From Dendrobates tinctorius (taxonomy: Eukaryota): DNA of 64,000 nt. Where the stretch lies: positions 34,348,001-34,412,000 of the forward strand of contig NW_027361825.1 of assembly GCF_039654945.1 (NCBI RefSeq). Reading direction: 5' to 3'. Each line of letters begins with the position of its first letter. Positions within the stretch are counted from its first letter, which is position 1. A program made the translations under genes and the position numbers. Below, piece by piece: positions 37,001 to 48,124 of this stretch. Below the pieces are notes generated by a model. It saw only the letters and a list, made by a program, of their open reading frames with translations. It searched no databases and was not told the origin of the DNA.

Positions 37001-37590
37001 CATATTGTTCCCCCATATTCTGCCCCCATAAGCTCCATAGATTATTCCCCCATATACTGCCCCCATAAGCAGCTCCATAGATTATTCCCCCATATACTGC
37101 CCCCATAAGCAGCTCCATAGATTATTCCCCCATAAGCCGCTCCATAGATTATTCCCCCATATGCTGCCCCCATTAGAAGCTCCATAGATTATTCCCCCAT
37201 ATACTGCCCCCATAAGCAGCTCCATAGATTATTCCCCCATATGCTGCCCCCATAAGCAGCTCCATAGATTATTCCCCCATATGCTGCCCCCATAAGCAGC
37301 TCCATAGATTATTCCCCCATAAGCAGCTCCATAGATTATTCCCCATATACTGCCCCCATAAGCAGCTCCATAGATTATTCCCCCATATGCTGCCCCCATT
37401 AGAAGCTCCATAGATTATTCCCCCATATACTGCCCCCATAAGCAGCTCCATAGATTATTCCCCCATATGCTGCCCCCATAAGAAGCTCCATATTGTTCCC
37501 CCATATTCTGCCCACATAAGCAGCTCCATAGATTATTCCCCCATATACTGCCCCCATTAGAAGCTCCTAAAGATTATTCCCCCATGTGCT
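34047..37590. repeat. 40-bp minisatellite (interrupted at 34928-36239)
   Basis: unit CCCCCATATGCTGCCCCCATAAGCAGCTCCATAGATTATT. Confidence 0.95.
34928..36239. mobile_element. Fold-back derivative of a Chapaev3-like (CMC) DNA transposon
   Basis: CAC...GTG termini, 3-bp TTA TSD; ~550-bp near-perfect inverted arms each encoding CLNDPDSFCYICG...DQDKFWAPHIVC...PMVWREPKNHHDDCY(FC). Confidence 0.75.
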
Positions 37591-38840
37591 GCTGCAGCAT
37601 GTAAAAATAAAAAAAAATGACATACTCACCTCTCCGTCGCTGGGTGTCAGATACTCACCTGTCCTGCGTCCATGGCTGCTCACAGCTATCTGCCACGTCA
37701 TCAGTCAGTGACGTTCAGACTGCAGGGGGCGCGGCGCGCACTAATCACGTCACCGCGCCCTCTGCTGTCTGAAGTCACTGACCGATGACAGACAGCAGCA
37801 AGCAGCCATGGACGCAGGACAGGTGAGTATCGCTATACTTACCCGTCCTGACGCTGTCGCTTGAGCCCCAAGCTTCTCTGTGCTCTCTCTTCCTGCATTC
37901 AGCGGTCATGTGATACAGCTCATTAAAACTCATGAATATGCGCATATTCATGAGTTTTAATGAACAGCACCACGTGACCGCTGAAGGCAGGAACAGAGAG
38001 CGCGGAGAAGCTGGGGGCTCAAGAGACAGCGTCAGGACGGGTAAGTATGACCTGACACCCCCACCCCCTCCGACCCCCCGGTGTATATGACTCGAATATA
38101 AGCCGAGAGGGGGACTTTCAGCCCAAAAAAACGGGCTGAAAATCTCGGCTTATATTCGAGTATATACGGTAATCGGGTTATACAGGAGAGGGTTAAAAGC
38201 AGGACTGAGAACATTAAAATTTTATTTTCCCCAATGCACATTGCTCTTACAAGTGCTCTGAAGCCCTGTACACCTTCCCCTCCCAAGATACTATAGTACA
38301 TCGCAGGGAGAACATGGATGTATGGAGCAGGCTCAGGAGCTGAACCCGCTATGTTCTGGGCGGATGCCTGCTGTGCCACACATGGGGTACGTCATAAGTC
38401 CTCCAAAGTGGTATTAAGATACAGCCAGATTAGCAAAAAAAAAAAAAAAAAAAAAAAAAATATATATATCCTTCCATAGGCCGAACTACACACAATATAC
38501 AGGGGGTGAAATAAGTATTGATTACATCACCAATTTTCTAAGTAAATATATTTCTAAGGACGCTTCTGATAATTTTTTTCCATCCTCTGTCTGAAATTAT
38601 GCAAGGATCACCTGGTCGTAGCCTGTTTATGGTGCAATTGTTTTTTTCACTTTGATTTAATTGGCCCCAACAGTGCTCAATGGAACTTTCAGTAGCTTAG
38701 AAATTCTTCTGTAACCAATGCCATCAGTATGTTTTGGAACAATAAGGTTGGAAAGGTCTTGAGACAGCTCACTAGTTTTACCCATCATGAGATGTTTCTT
38801 GAGCGGCACCTTGGTAATAAGACACCTATTTATAAGTCAT

Positions 38841-39722
38841 AAGTCAAAATGGAAAAAGAAGCTATATGCCAAAAAGTGTAAAATTACAAAATTTTATTGC
38901 GACAATAAAAAAAAAAAAAAAATTTACACATTAAAAATGCAAAATAAGACCAAAATATGCAAAAAGCCACTCACTCAAGGTAAGTAGACTAATATCAAAA
39001 AAGCCTATAAAAGATACGAGTAATTTGTGGGAAAGACCTCACTGAAAGAAGTATGGTAGGCTTACATTAATCAGAATACCAAATGAAATCCTAAGCATAA
39101 GGAAAAAACACCTCCCCATACAATATTATATGATTTATATCAATATAGGTCCCAAGATATAAATATATAACAATGGAGACTAAATGCAAAAAAGGCTCAG
39201 AAAGGAATGTAGCTCAAAGAACAGCAGTGAGCAAAAGAAAATCCACAGAGCAGGCAGCCTAGAGACATAACCTGGTCACCTTGATTATAAGAAAATATAT
39301 ATGTATATAAAGGAGGTGTCCCTATGTTACCTTAAGTGGTGGCGGCGGTAGCCGACACGCGTTTCGTGAGATGCTTTTTCGAGGGGTCTCCATTGTTATA
39401 CATTATATCTTGGGACCTATATTGATATAATATTGTATGGGGAGGTGTTTTTTTCCTTATGTTTAGGATTTAAATTGGTATTTATTCTGATTAATATAAG
39501 CCAATCATACTTATTTCAATGAGGTCTTTCCCACAAATTACTCGTATCTTTTATATTTATTGGTCTACTTACCTTGATTGAGTGGCTTTTTGCATATTTT
39601 GCACTTTAATATCGTCTCAATAAAATTTAGCAATTTTACACTTTTTGATATATAGCTTCTTTTTCCACTTTGATTTATGTTTACTTTTAGAAGCTGCCTC
39701 TAGGCATTATCTTTTTGGGATT
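38841..39722 (-). mobile_element. Non-coding PLE derivative (tail-to-tail pLTRs) with hammerhead remnant
   Basis: inverted arms ~38844-39180 / 39386-39672; 15-bp TSD CTATTTATAAGTCAT (38826-38840, 39723-39737); UCGAAAA-AG-CAUCUCA-C-GAAA-C-GCGU-GUC at 39351-39386. Confidence 0.75.
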
Positions 39723-39889
39723 CTATTTATAAGTCATCAGTTGAACCAACTGATATTTTTCCCTAAGCGACAAAATTGCTTTCTAACCACTGAGATTTCA
39801 GCTGGTGTCATGACTTTCCTTGGCCTATTGCTCCTCTCATGTGTTCAGTACTTTTCCCTGTATCATTTCTCATTATTACACATAATTAA

Positions 39890-40832
39890 CCCCTTAATGA
39901 CCGAAGCTTTTTTCAGTTTTGCGTTTTTTTCGCTCCCCTCCTTTCCAGAGCCATAACTTTTTTTTTTTCCTTCAATATGGCCATGTGAGGGCTTATTTGT
40001 GGTGGACGAGTTGTAATTTTCAACAATACCATTTGTATTAGCATGTCGGGTAACGGGAAAAAAAATTCCAAGTGTGGTGAAATTGCAAAAAAAAAAAAAA
40101 AAAAGTGCAATCCCACACTTTTTTTTTTTTTACTAGGTTCACAAAGTGTTAAAACTGACCTGCTTTATGATTCTCCAGGTCATTACCAGTTCATAGACAC
40201 CAAACATGTCTAGGTTCTTTTTTATCTAAGTGGTGAAAAAAATTCCAAACTTTGCAAAAATATAAAAAAGAAATTATTGCACAGCTTTCCGATACCTGTA
40301 GCTTCTCCATTTTTCGTGATCTCGGGTTGGGTGGGGGCTTATCTTTTGCGCGCCGGGCTGACGTTTTTAATACCACTTTTGTGCAGATACAGTCTTTTGA
40401 TCACCCACTATTGCATTTTAATGCAATGTCGCAGCAGCCAAGAAGTAATTCTGGAGTTTAGATTTTTATTTATCGCTACGCCGTTTAGCAATCGGGTTAA
40501 TCTTTTTTTTTTTTTTTTTTTTTTTTTTTTATTGATAGATCGGGCAATTCTGAAAGTGGCGATACCAAATGTGTATTTTTTTTTTATTGTTTTATTTTGA
40601 TTGGGGCAAAAGGGGGGTGATTTGAACTTATGTTTTTGTTTTTTTACTTTTGGCATGCTTCCATGGGAGGCTAGAAGCTGCCATAGCACGATCGCCTCTG
40701 CTACATAGAGGTGCTGCTCTGTTGAAAACAGCTGACCTGTCCCGGCTTTGATGTGGGCTCACCACCGGAGTCCACCTCAAAGCGGGGAATACTGCCAGCT
40801 GACGGAATAGTACATCAGCTGGCAGTAAAGAG
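39890..40832. mobile_element. piggyBac-like non-autonomous element
   Basis: TTAA-CCCCTTA ... TAAAGAG-TTAA ends with TTAA TSD. Confidence 0.65.
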
Positions 40833-41016
40833 TTAATGGACAGCCATGATGATTTCTGTGCCTGTGTGGATTGGATGAGTTGTTATGTTACCGACATCTG
40901 GTGAGAATTTCATGACAATAGCACCTTTAGATGTGTATTTACTGTCAGAAATGCTTACAAACTAGCTGCTCTGTTTTAGGTGCGACTTTGTTTTACCATG
41001 GCTGATCCTCACTCAC

Positions 41017-41089
41017 CGTCCTTCTTGATCTTCTCATTCAGGTTGTTGATGTAGATGGTGTTGTTGGGTCTCATCTCCTGGACGGCCAT
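41017..41089 (-). CDS. SNRPA: SNRPA coding exon 1
   Basis: MAVQEMRPNNTIYINNLNEKIKKD(E), 73 nt; acceptor at 41101-41102 implies an upstream non-coding exon; total CDS 849 nt = 282 aa. Confidence 0.97.
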
Positions 41090-41219
41090 GTTTGAGGAAG
41101 CTGAAAGGAAACACAGATGAGGCGAAACACAAAAGGAGAGTCCCAGTGGTCACACTGCACCCATTATACATGAAACCTGCGGGACTGTGATTACAGCTCT
41201 GGAGCACACGGCTGTAGTG

Positions 41220-41620
41220 CAGAGCGTCCCCCGCCCAGGCCGCACCTGTATGGACACTCCGGGATCCACTCACTGTAACCGCGCACGCCGCACTCTACAC
41301 AGGACTCAACGATATCCCTCCGCCTGGCCACACCCACCGTGTCACACTATGGCGCCTCTGATTGGTCAGCACATCATGCCTTTTACGTGCGCTCGTCGCC
41401 TACGTTCGACACGTGATACATATGCACCAATAATACTCCGCAAAGGGCGAAGTGCCAATCATATGCCGCAGCCACGAGCAGACTGTTAACAACGTGACTA
41501 TTATTTCATTCATTCTTTACTGTTTCTTTGCAGCATGTTATCCGTTGTTCGCTGCTTTATGGCGCATGGGTGTTTGCATGGCGTACTCGCGGGGAGACTT
41601 ACGAAAAATGCTTGTAAAGC
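41220..41620. promoter_or_regulatory. CpG-rich bidirectional promoter of SNRPA/ACTMAP
   Basis: local CpG enrichment, CCAAT boxes on both strands (~41358, ~41453), CACGTG (41410), ATGGCG; probable SNRPA non-coding exon donor at 41273. Confidence 0.7.
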
Positions 41621-42153
41621 GCAGCCAATCGGATTTCACGTTTCATTATACAGTCTGAAAAAGCGAAATATGTAACCTGATTGGTTGCTGTTAATAACCT
41701 TGACTGGGTTAACCCACAATGTAGCCAATCCTATTTCAGTTTTCATTTTCTAACATCCTGCAAATGTGAAAGCTGTAATGTGATTGGTAGCTCTTTGCAA
41801 ACTACTCCATTGTATTGTAATGCTATTGTAGCCAATCGGATTTCAGCTTTCATTTTATAACCCACCCTGGAACATTAAAAGCTTTAATGTGATTGGTTGC
41901 TAATAGCAACTGCTGTGTTTTCATGTGCAGACAACTGTAAACACCTTCTGGCCCTTAGATTGGACACATACATTGATCTTTGAACTAATAGTTTCTACAA
42001 ACATAAAATATTTAGGAAAAGTGGAGTAGTTGCCCATAGCAACCTGATAGGTTTGCAGCTATTATATACAGAAAGAAGTATAGAAGGGGGAACTGGTGGC
42101 TATGGGTAAGTGATCTAGTTCTATATAATTAAAAAATCACTGGTTTTGTCTAT

Positions 42154-42569
42154 GGCCTGTTTCACACATCAGTTTTTTCCATCAGTTAAAATCCGCTAAA
42201 ATGGCGGACAACGGATCCGTTGCTATACTGACAACAACGTTTGGCACCAGACCGTTGTTTTAACGGATCCGGCGAAGGAAGAATTTTAAAGGAACCGCTG
42301 CCCTGGGATGGGAGAGAGAGAACTGAGTTTAGGGTTAAATTTCCGACACAGGCATTTCTCCCGGGCATGCGCAATAGAAAATGCGGATCCGGCCGGGGAA
42401 AATGCGGATCCGTAAAATAACGGATGACCATCCACCATCCGTCATGATCCGCCGTTAATACAAGTCAATGGGGAAAAAAACGGATCCGCCAAGAAAAATG
42501 GCGGATCCGTATTTTTTGCAAAACGGCGGATTTTGACTGATGGGGAAAAACGGATATGTGAAACAGGCC
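42154..42569. mobile_element. Harbinger-type MITE
   Basis: TIRs GGCCTGTTTCACA / TGTGAAACAGGCC, TAT TSD. Confidence 0.85.
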
Positions 42570-42780
42570 TATGTACTTACCTGTGAACAAATAAGATCCA
42601 ACACCTTGGGACATTTTTTGTATTTAAATGCATATATTTGGGGCTAAAAATCATTTTTGCATTTGCCTTTCATTAAAAATGTTGTACCGTTTGGTTTTTA
42701 CAGGCTCCTTGTTTCCCTGATCTTTGCTGTCTGCAGAATGAGTTATCTGAGAATCTATCAGTGAGCTCGTTCTCGACAGG

Positions 42781-44310
42781 AATCATAGAATCATAGAATT
42801 GTAGAGTTGGAAGGGACCTCCTGGGCCATCTGGTCCAACCCCCTGCTCAAAGCAGGATTCGCTAAATCATCCCAGTCAGATGTCTGTCCAGCCTCTGTTT
42901 GAAGACTTCCATTGAAGGAGAACTCACCACTTCTCGTGGCAGCCTGTTCCACTCATTGATCACTCTAACTGTCAAAAAGTTTTTTCTAATATCTAATCTG
43001 TGTCTCCTCCCATTCAGTTTCATCCCATTGCTTCTAGTCTTTCCTTGTGCAAATGAGAATAAAGTTGATCCTTCTACAATGTGACAGCCCTTTAGATATT
43101 TGTAGACAGCTATTAAGTCTCCTCTCAGTCTTCTCTTTTGCAAACTAAACATTCCCAAATCCTGCAACCTTTCCTCATAAGACAGGGTTTGCAGACCGGT
43201 CACCATTCTGGTCGCTCTTTTCTGAACTTGCTCCAGTTTGTTGATGTCTTTTTTAAAATGTGGCGCCCAAAATTGGACACAATATTCCAGATGAGGTCTG
43301 ACCAAAGAGGAGTAGAGGGAAATAATGACTTCACGTGATCTAGACTGTATGCTTCTGTTAATACATCCTAGAATTGCATTTGCCTTTTTTGCTGCTGCAT
43401 CACACTGTTGACTCATATTCAGTCTGTGATCTATTAGTATACCCAAGTCTTTTTCACATGTGCTGTCACTTAGCCCTATTCCTCCCATTCTATATATGCT
43501 TTTTCCATTTTTATTGCCCAGATGTAGTACTTTGCATTTCTCCCTGTTAAAAACCATTCTGTTAGTTGCTGCCCACTTCTCCAGTTTATTTAAATCTTTT
43601 TGAATCCTCTCTCTCTCTTCTCTAGTATTAGCTATCCCTCCTAGCTTTGTGTCATCAGCAAATTTAATCAGTTTACCCTCAATTCCTTCATCTAAATCGT
43701 TGATAAAGATGTTGAACAATACAGGGCCCAGGACAGAGCCCTGTGGTACCCCACTTGAGACATTCTTCCAACTGGATGTGCAGCCATTTACGACCACTCT
43801 TTGGTCCGATCACTAAGCCAGTTATGAATCCACCTAACAGTTGCCTTGTCCATTCCATACTTAATCATTTTTTCAATAAGGATTGTATGAGAGACTTTGT
43901 CAAATGCTTTGCTGAAGTCAAGATATACTATATCTACAGCATTTCCTTGATCCACCCAATCAGTGATACCGTCATAGAAGGAAATTAAGTTAGTCTGACA
44001 TGACTTATTAGTTACAAACCCATGCTGACTCTGTTTAATCACTTCATTCTTATCCAGGTATTGACATACATGTTGTTTAATAATTTGTTCAAAGATCTTT
44101 CCTGGTATAGAAGTCAGACTCACCGGCCTATAGTTACCTGGGTCCACCTTCTTCCCCTTTTTGAAGATAGGAACAACATTTGCTCTTCTCCAGTCTTCTG
44201 GCACTTCTCCTGTTCTCCAAGAATTTTCAAAGATTATAGAGAGGGGTTCAAAAATTTCTTCTGCTATCTCCTTCAGTACTCTGGGGTGTAATTCATCTGG
44301 ACCTGGAGAC
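42781..44310 (-). mobile_element. 5'-truncated CR1 LINE (RT C-terminal half, one frameshift near 43795)
   Basis: NYRPVSLTS, YLDFSKAFD, GVPQGSVLGP, KFADDTK, RPHLEYC; 3' end in (ATTCTATG)n octamers at 42781-42799. Confidence 0.95.
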
Positions 44311-45743
44311 TTTCTAGGGCTGCTTTCAACATGTTGCAGTCAGGATACAGTTTTCCACTATAAATCCTTTAAAACTACATTGTCTCAATGACAAAAACGC
44401 ATTTCGGAAAATAAAAACTTAACCACAATATGTGAACAGAACCTGACTCTTTTATCCACCTTGGTCATAAGTCAGCTGAGATTAAATAAAAAAGACAGAT
44501 AAAAGTTACCAACTCCCTGTCTGATGGGACGGAGCTCACTGATAGATTATCAGATAACTCATTCAGCACCCAGCAATGTGCAGGGAAGCAAAGAGGCTGT
44601 AAAAGCCAAACGGTGGAAAATCTTTAATGTAACACGAATGCAAAAATGACATTAATTTAAGTAAAGAAGATGGCTCCAGACAGAGGTGTCCATATTCTCT
44701 TTTATTAAGACAACTCCTGTTCCTATGATCTGTATGTGCATGCTGACATCATAGAGGGGCATCGCCAGCAATGGCCACTCCTGAGCCACAGTATTGTGGT
44801 TCTGATAAGTTCTGCTGGACTCAGGCCAGCCATGTGTAAGGCCTCATTCAGATGTCTGTCAGTCTGTGGGGGTAATCACATATCGTGCATTAGCTGATTG
44901 CGTGTTTCTAAAAGAAAAATCATACAGACATGTCTATTTTTTATCTGAATTACAGATCAAAGTCACCAATGCAAGTCTCTAAGTCAGTGAGAAACTCAGA
45001 GATGGCATCTCAGGCCAGTGTCATCATAGTGCTGTCTGTTTTTCACTGACTGTGATAGGAGAAACTCGGGAGACCTCCATCATCTTTTTCTGAATGTGAA
45101 GAATACTGATAAAACACTGGCAGTAAAAAATGACACATGGGCTAAACATGTCATAAGTAGTGATGAGGGAACGTGCTGGGATCAGGTGTTATCTGAGCAT
45201 GCTCTGGTGCTGACTGAGTGTCTTTAGCGTGCTCGAAAAATATGTGTGAATCGCCGAGGCTGTTCGACACCCACAACACATGCAGATAATGTCTAACAAA
45301 GAGGTAATCCCTGCTTGTGAGACATGCAGCCGCAGGGACATAAACATATTATTCGAGCACGCCGAAGATCTGGATGAAGCCTAAGTCTGAGTGTGCAATG
45401 GCTGCACAATTCCAGGGGTCAGCGTCATAGTGCTCTATAATCATGCAGTCACTGGCCATGGTCTGCACCGTAGTACCTGCCACTTGTGGCTACCCAGCCT
45501 GATCCCAGCTTTTACAGCGAGAGTAAAATATCTTCTGTTACTACATATGATGCTCCTGATTCTACCCGGACCCCAGCATTACTGTATATGGGGGTGTCAG
45601 GAGAGATAGCGCTCAGCCAATCATTCAGCTGACAATCTATTTGATCATAGCCTGTAATAATTCTATTTAAGAGGTTATCACCTGAAACTGGACCCAGTTC
45701 TCTTCCATAATCTGATCATATTCCTGATATCTCTTTAGCACTC

Positions 45744-45946
45744 ATGTCAGAGGAGGATGGCGCAGCCTGCACAGACGTTATTCATGTGCCACCACCACCA
45801 CAGGCACCTCCACCGCCACCAGTCCTTTGCCCTTTTCCTCCACCTCAGGTAAAATGCAAGTTCTATAAGAAAGTGGCAGAAAACAGTGACCCATCAGTTG
45901 GAGGATGCGAAGAGTTAAAACGGCTGATCAAGAATCAACAGGAACG
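45744..45946 (+). CDS. ACTMAP: ACTMAP (C19orf54, actin maturation protease) coding exon 1, Pro-rich
   Basis: MSEEDG...PPPPQAPPPPP...ELKRLIKNQQE(R); acceptor at 45737-45738, GTGAGT donor. Confidence 0.88.
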
Positions 45947-46646
45947 GTGAGTGATTTTTGGAGGCAGTGATCATGAAACTTTTCCTTTTTGCTCATTCCA
46001 ACAGGTGACATAAGATTTAACCCACGGCTGCTCTTCACAGAGCAGATCCAGTCTGTGCATAGAAAGCCATTAGAAAAAATGTCCCCACTCAGCCAGTCTG
46101 ACCCGTGTACTGACGTAGGCCTTATTCACACCAGAGTAGAACAGCCACAGTTCCCAGCCTGAGGGCGAGGGTCCTGCCCCAGACTAACAGCCTCATAGAC
46201 ATACATTACATTATTAGGTCAGGAGAGCGACCGACGTTCCGGGAATTGACGCCATATCACGGGCCATAAAATATGGACACTATATGTTAATGTGAACCTA
46301 GCCATAGGGTGAGAGATATTCTTATCTGGTAAAAGAAAAGAGTTACTATCTCAAGAACGGCTGACATTTTTTATAAGCAGTAAATGGCAAAATTGCTTGT
46401 AATTACAATAGCCATTTATTAAGATGGAAATTGCCCTTTAATAAAAGAAAAAAAGGTATACTGTTATATATGTTCCTTACAGAGGCAAAATGGAGAGTCT
46501 TTTTCATTTTGTCAGGCTCAAGGTGATGTCAATAGCGTCTAACATGAAGGACAGTAGACCATAAGTAAACCTTACATGTTGCAGCAGGTTTACGGCTTTT
46601 GTTTGTGAATTGGATTAATCATTTTTTTTGTCTTTTTGCATTTCAG

Positions 46647-46715
46647 ATTTAGTGGACATTTAAAATGGCTTCTATATAACCAGCATATCCCATCCCTTAT
46701 ACAGGAGGGTCCGCA
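46647..46715 (+). CDS. ACTMAP: ACTMAP coding exon 2
   Basis: FSGHLKWLLYNQHIPSLIQEGP(Q) vs human FRGDLRWILFCADLPSLIQEGPQ. Confidence 0.93.
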
Positions 46716-48124
46716 GTAAGTGCAAGAAAGCAGTAAAAATGGGTCACAAAATGATTGGCATGACCCAGATGTAGCATCCACATTGGTAGTCCATAGCCGC
46801 CGGACCAGAGCCCTGCAAACCTCATCCTACTTTTCGACATTCCTCTTCTGATTAATAGGCCTAGCGCGATGTTATGTGTTGTGCCTGACCACCTAACCAG
46901 AAACAGAGCTGGGTATGCCAGCAGCCACGAGAAGGTTTGGTCCATGGCCGCTAGACCAGCGTCCTCTGAATCTTTTTGCTCAACTCTAGTCACATTTATT
47001 AAAGGGTTATTCAGATTTAGATGAATACAGCACATTCATGATAGGAGATTTTGCAACTTATTAATATAAATTTTTTTTTAATCAATTTCTCAATTTTCTG
47101 TCTATGGATGGAAACGCATCCTGATCATATGTAGAGCTGCACAGCTCATTACTGTGTACGGGGATTGCTCCTGTGAGTTGGACATGATCAAGTAGAGACT
47201 TTTTTGGCCTTTGGATAAAAACAAAAATGTTTTCATGCATATATAGGAAGAAGAGGGCTCTAAAAAAACACATACACAAAGTAAATGAGAAAGTTTCTGA
47301 ACTTATTACACATTTTTATTATTTAATAAAAGAAAAAAATTAGGGCTTATTTAGACGTCGGTTCTTCTCACGAACGAGAAAAATGGACGGATTATTCTGA
47401 TAAGAGTGTGGTCAGAGTGTCATCAGTTTTTCTCTTGCAGGGAGAAAAAAAAAAGTTTCTCCACCTTCTCCTTGATGACAGTCCTTGAAAACTGGATCGC
47501 ACTCGGGTGTCTGATTTTTCACATATGCATAGACATGCATTGACAATTTTGATCCGACCTGCAGATCAAAATCGGACATGTTTCCTCAATTTTCCACAGA
47601 CCTCTCGAAATTACAGACACGTGAGTGGCCACACTTATATCACAGGTACTAGTGCTATCCGTCAAAACCATGGACAGCACTTGTAAGTCTGAATGAGGCC
47701 CCATACTATTAGAAGTGGTGCCGGTCAGTTATAGGCTCATTCACATGTCATTTTTTCTCGTACATGTCCTATTCATGTTTTTTTGATAGAATCTCATACC
47801 CTATATAGTCTGTGGGGCTGATCACACTTCTATGTATATTTCATGTCTGAGTAGTCCACAGAAAATCACAAAGTTTGATGTCCGATTTTGATCTGAGTCT
47901 CGGATCAATCTCACTCACCAATGCAAGCTTAAGGGTCAATGAAAAATAGGACAGTACTCGGATGCCAGCCCTGTGCCTTCTGTTTTTCACGGACTGTGTG
48001 ATATGAGATGGTTGAGAAACCTCCATCAGTTTCTTTTTTCATCTAAGAAAACCTGCTGTAACTCAGACCAAACTCTGATGGTGAAAACGGACACTGACTG
48101 GACTCTGATCAAAGACACTATTAC

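Larger units (their letters stand above)
33939..38169. mobile_element. Tc1/mariner-superfamily (pogo/Tc2-like) non-autonomous element carrying a minisatellite
   Basis: TIRs CAGTATATACTCGAGTATAAGCCGA / TCGGCTTATATTCGAGTATATACGG with TA TSD. Confidence 0.85.
38500..40950 (-). mobile_element. Degraded Tc1-like transposon with nested insertions
   Basis: TA-CAGGGGGTGAAATAAGTATTG terminus; minus-strand MGKTSELSQDLSNLIVPKHTDGIGYRRISKLLKVPLSTVG (paired-like HTH) from ~38786; far end eroded. Confidence 0.7.

Noticed and set aside
33910-37451. MELLMGAAYGG ORFs and a possible CRISPR-like array
   Set aside because: Head-to-tail tandem repeat without unique spacers in eukaryotic DNA; not CRISPR and not coding.
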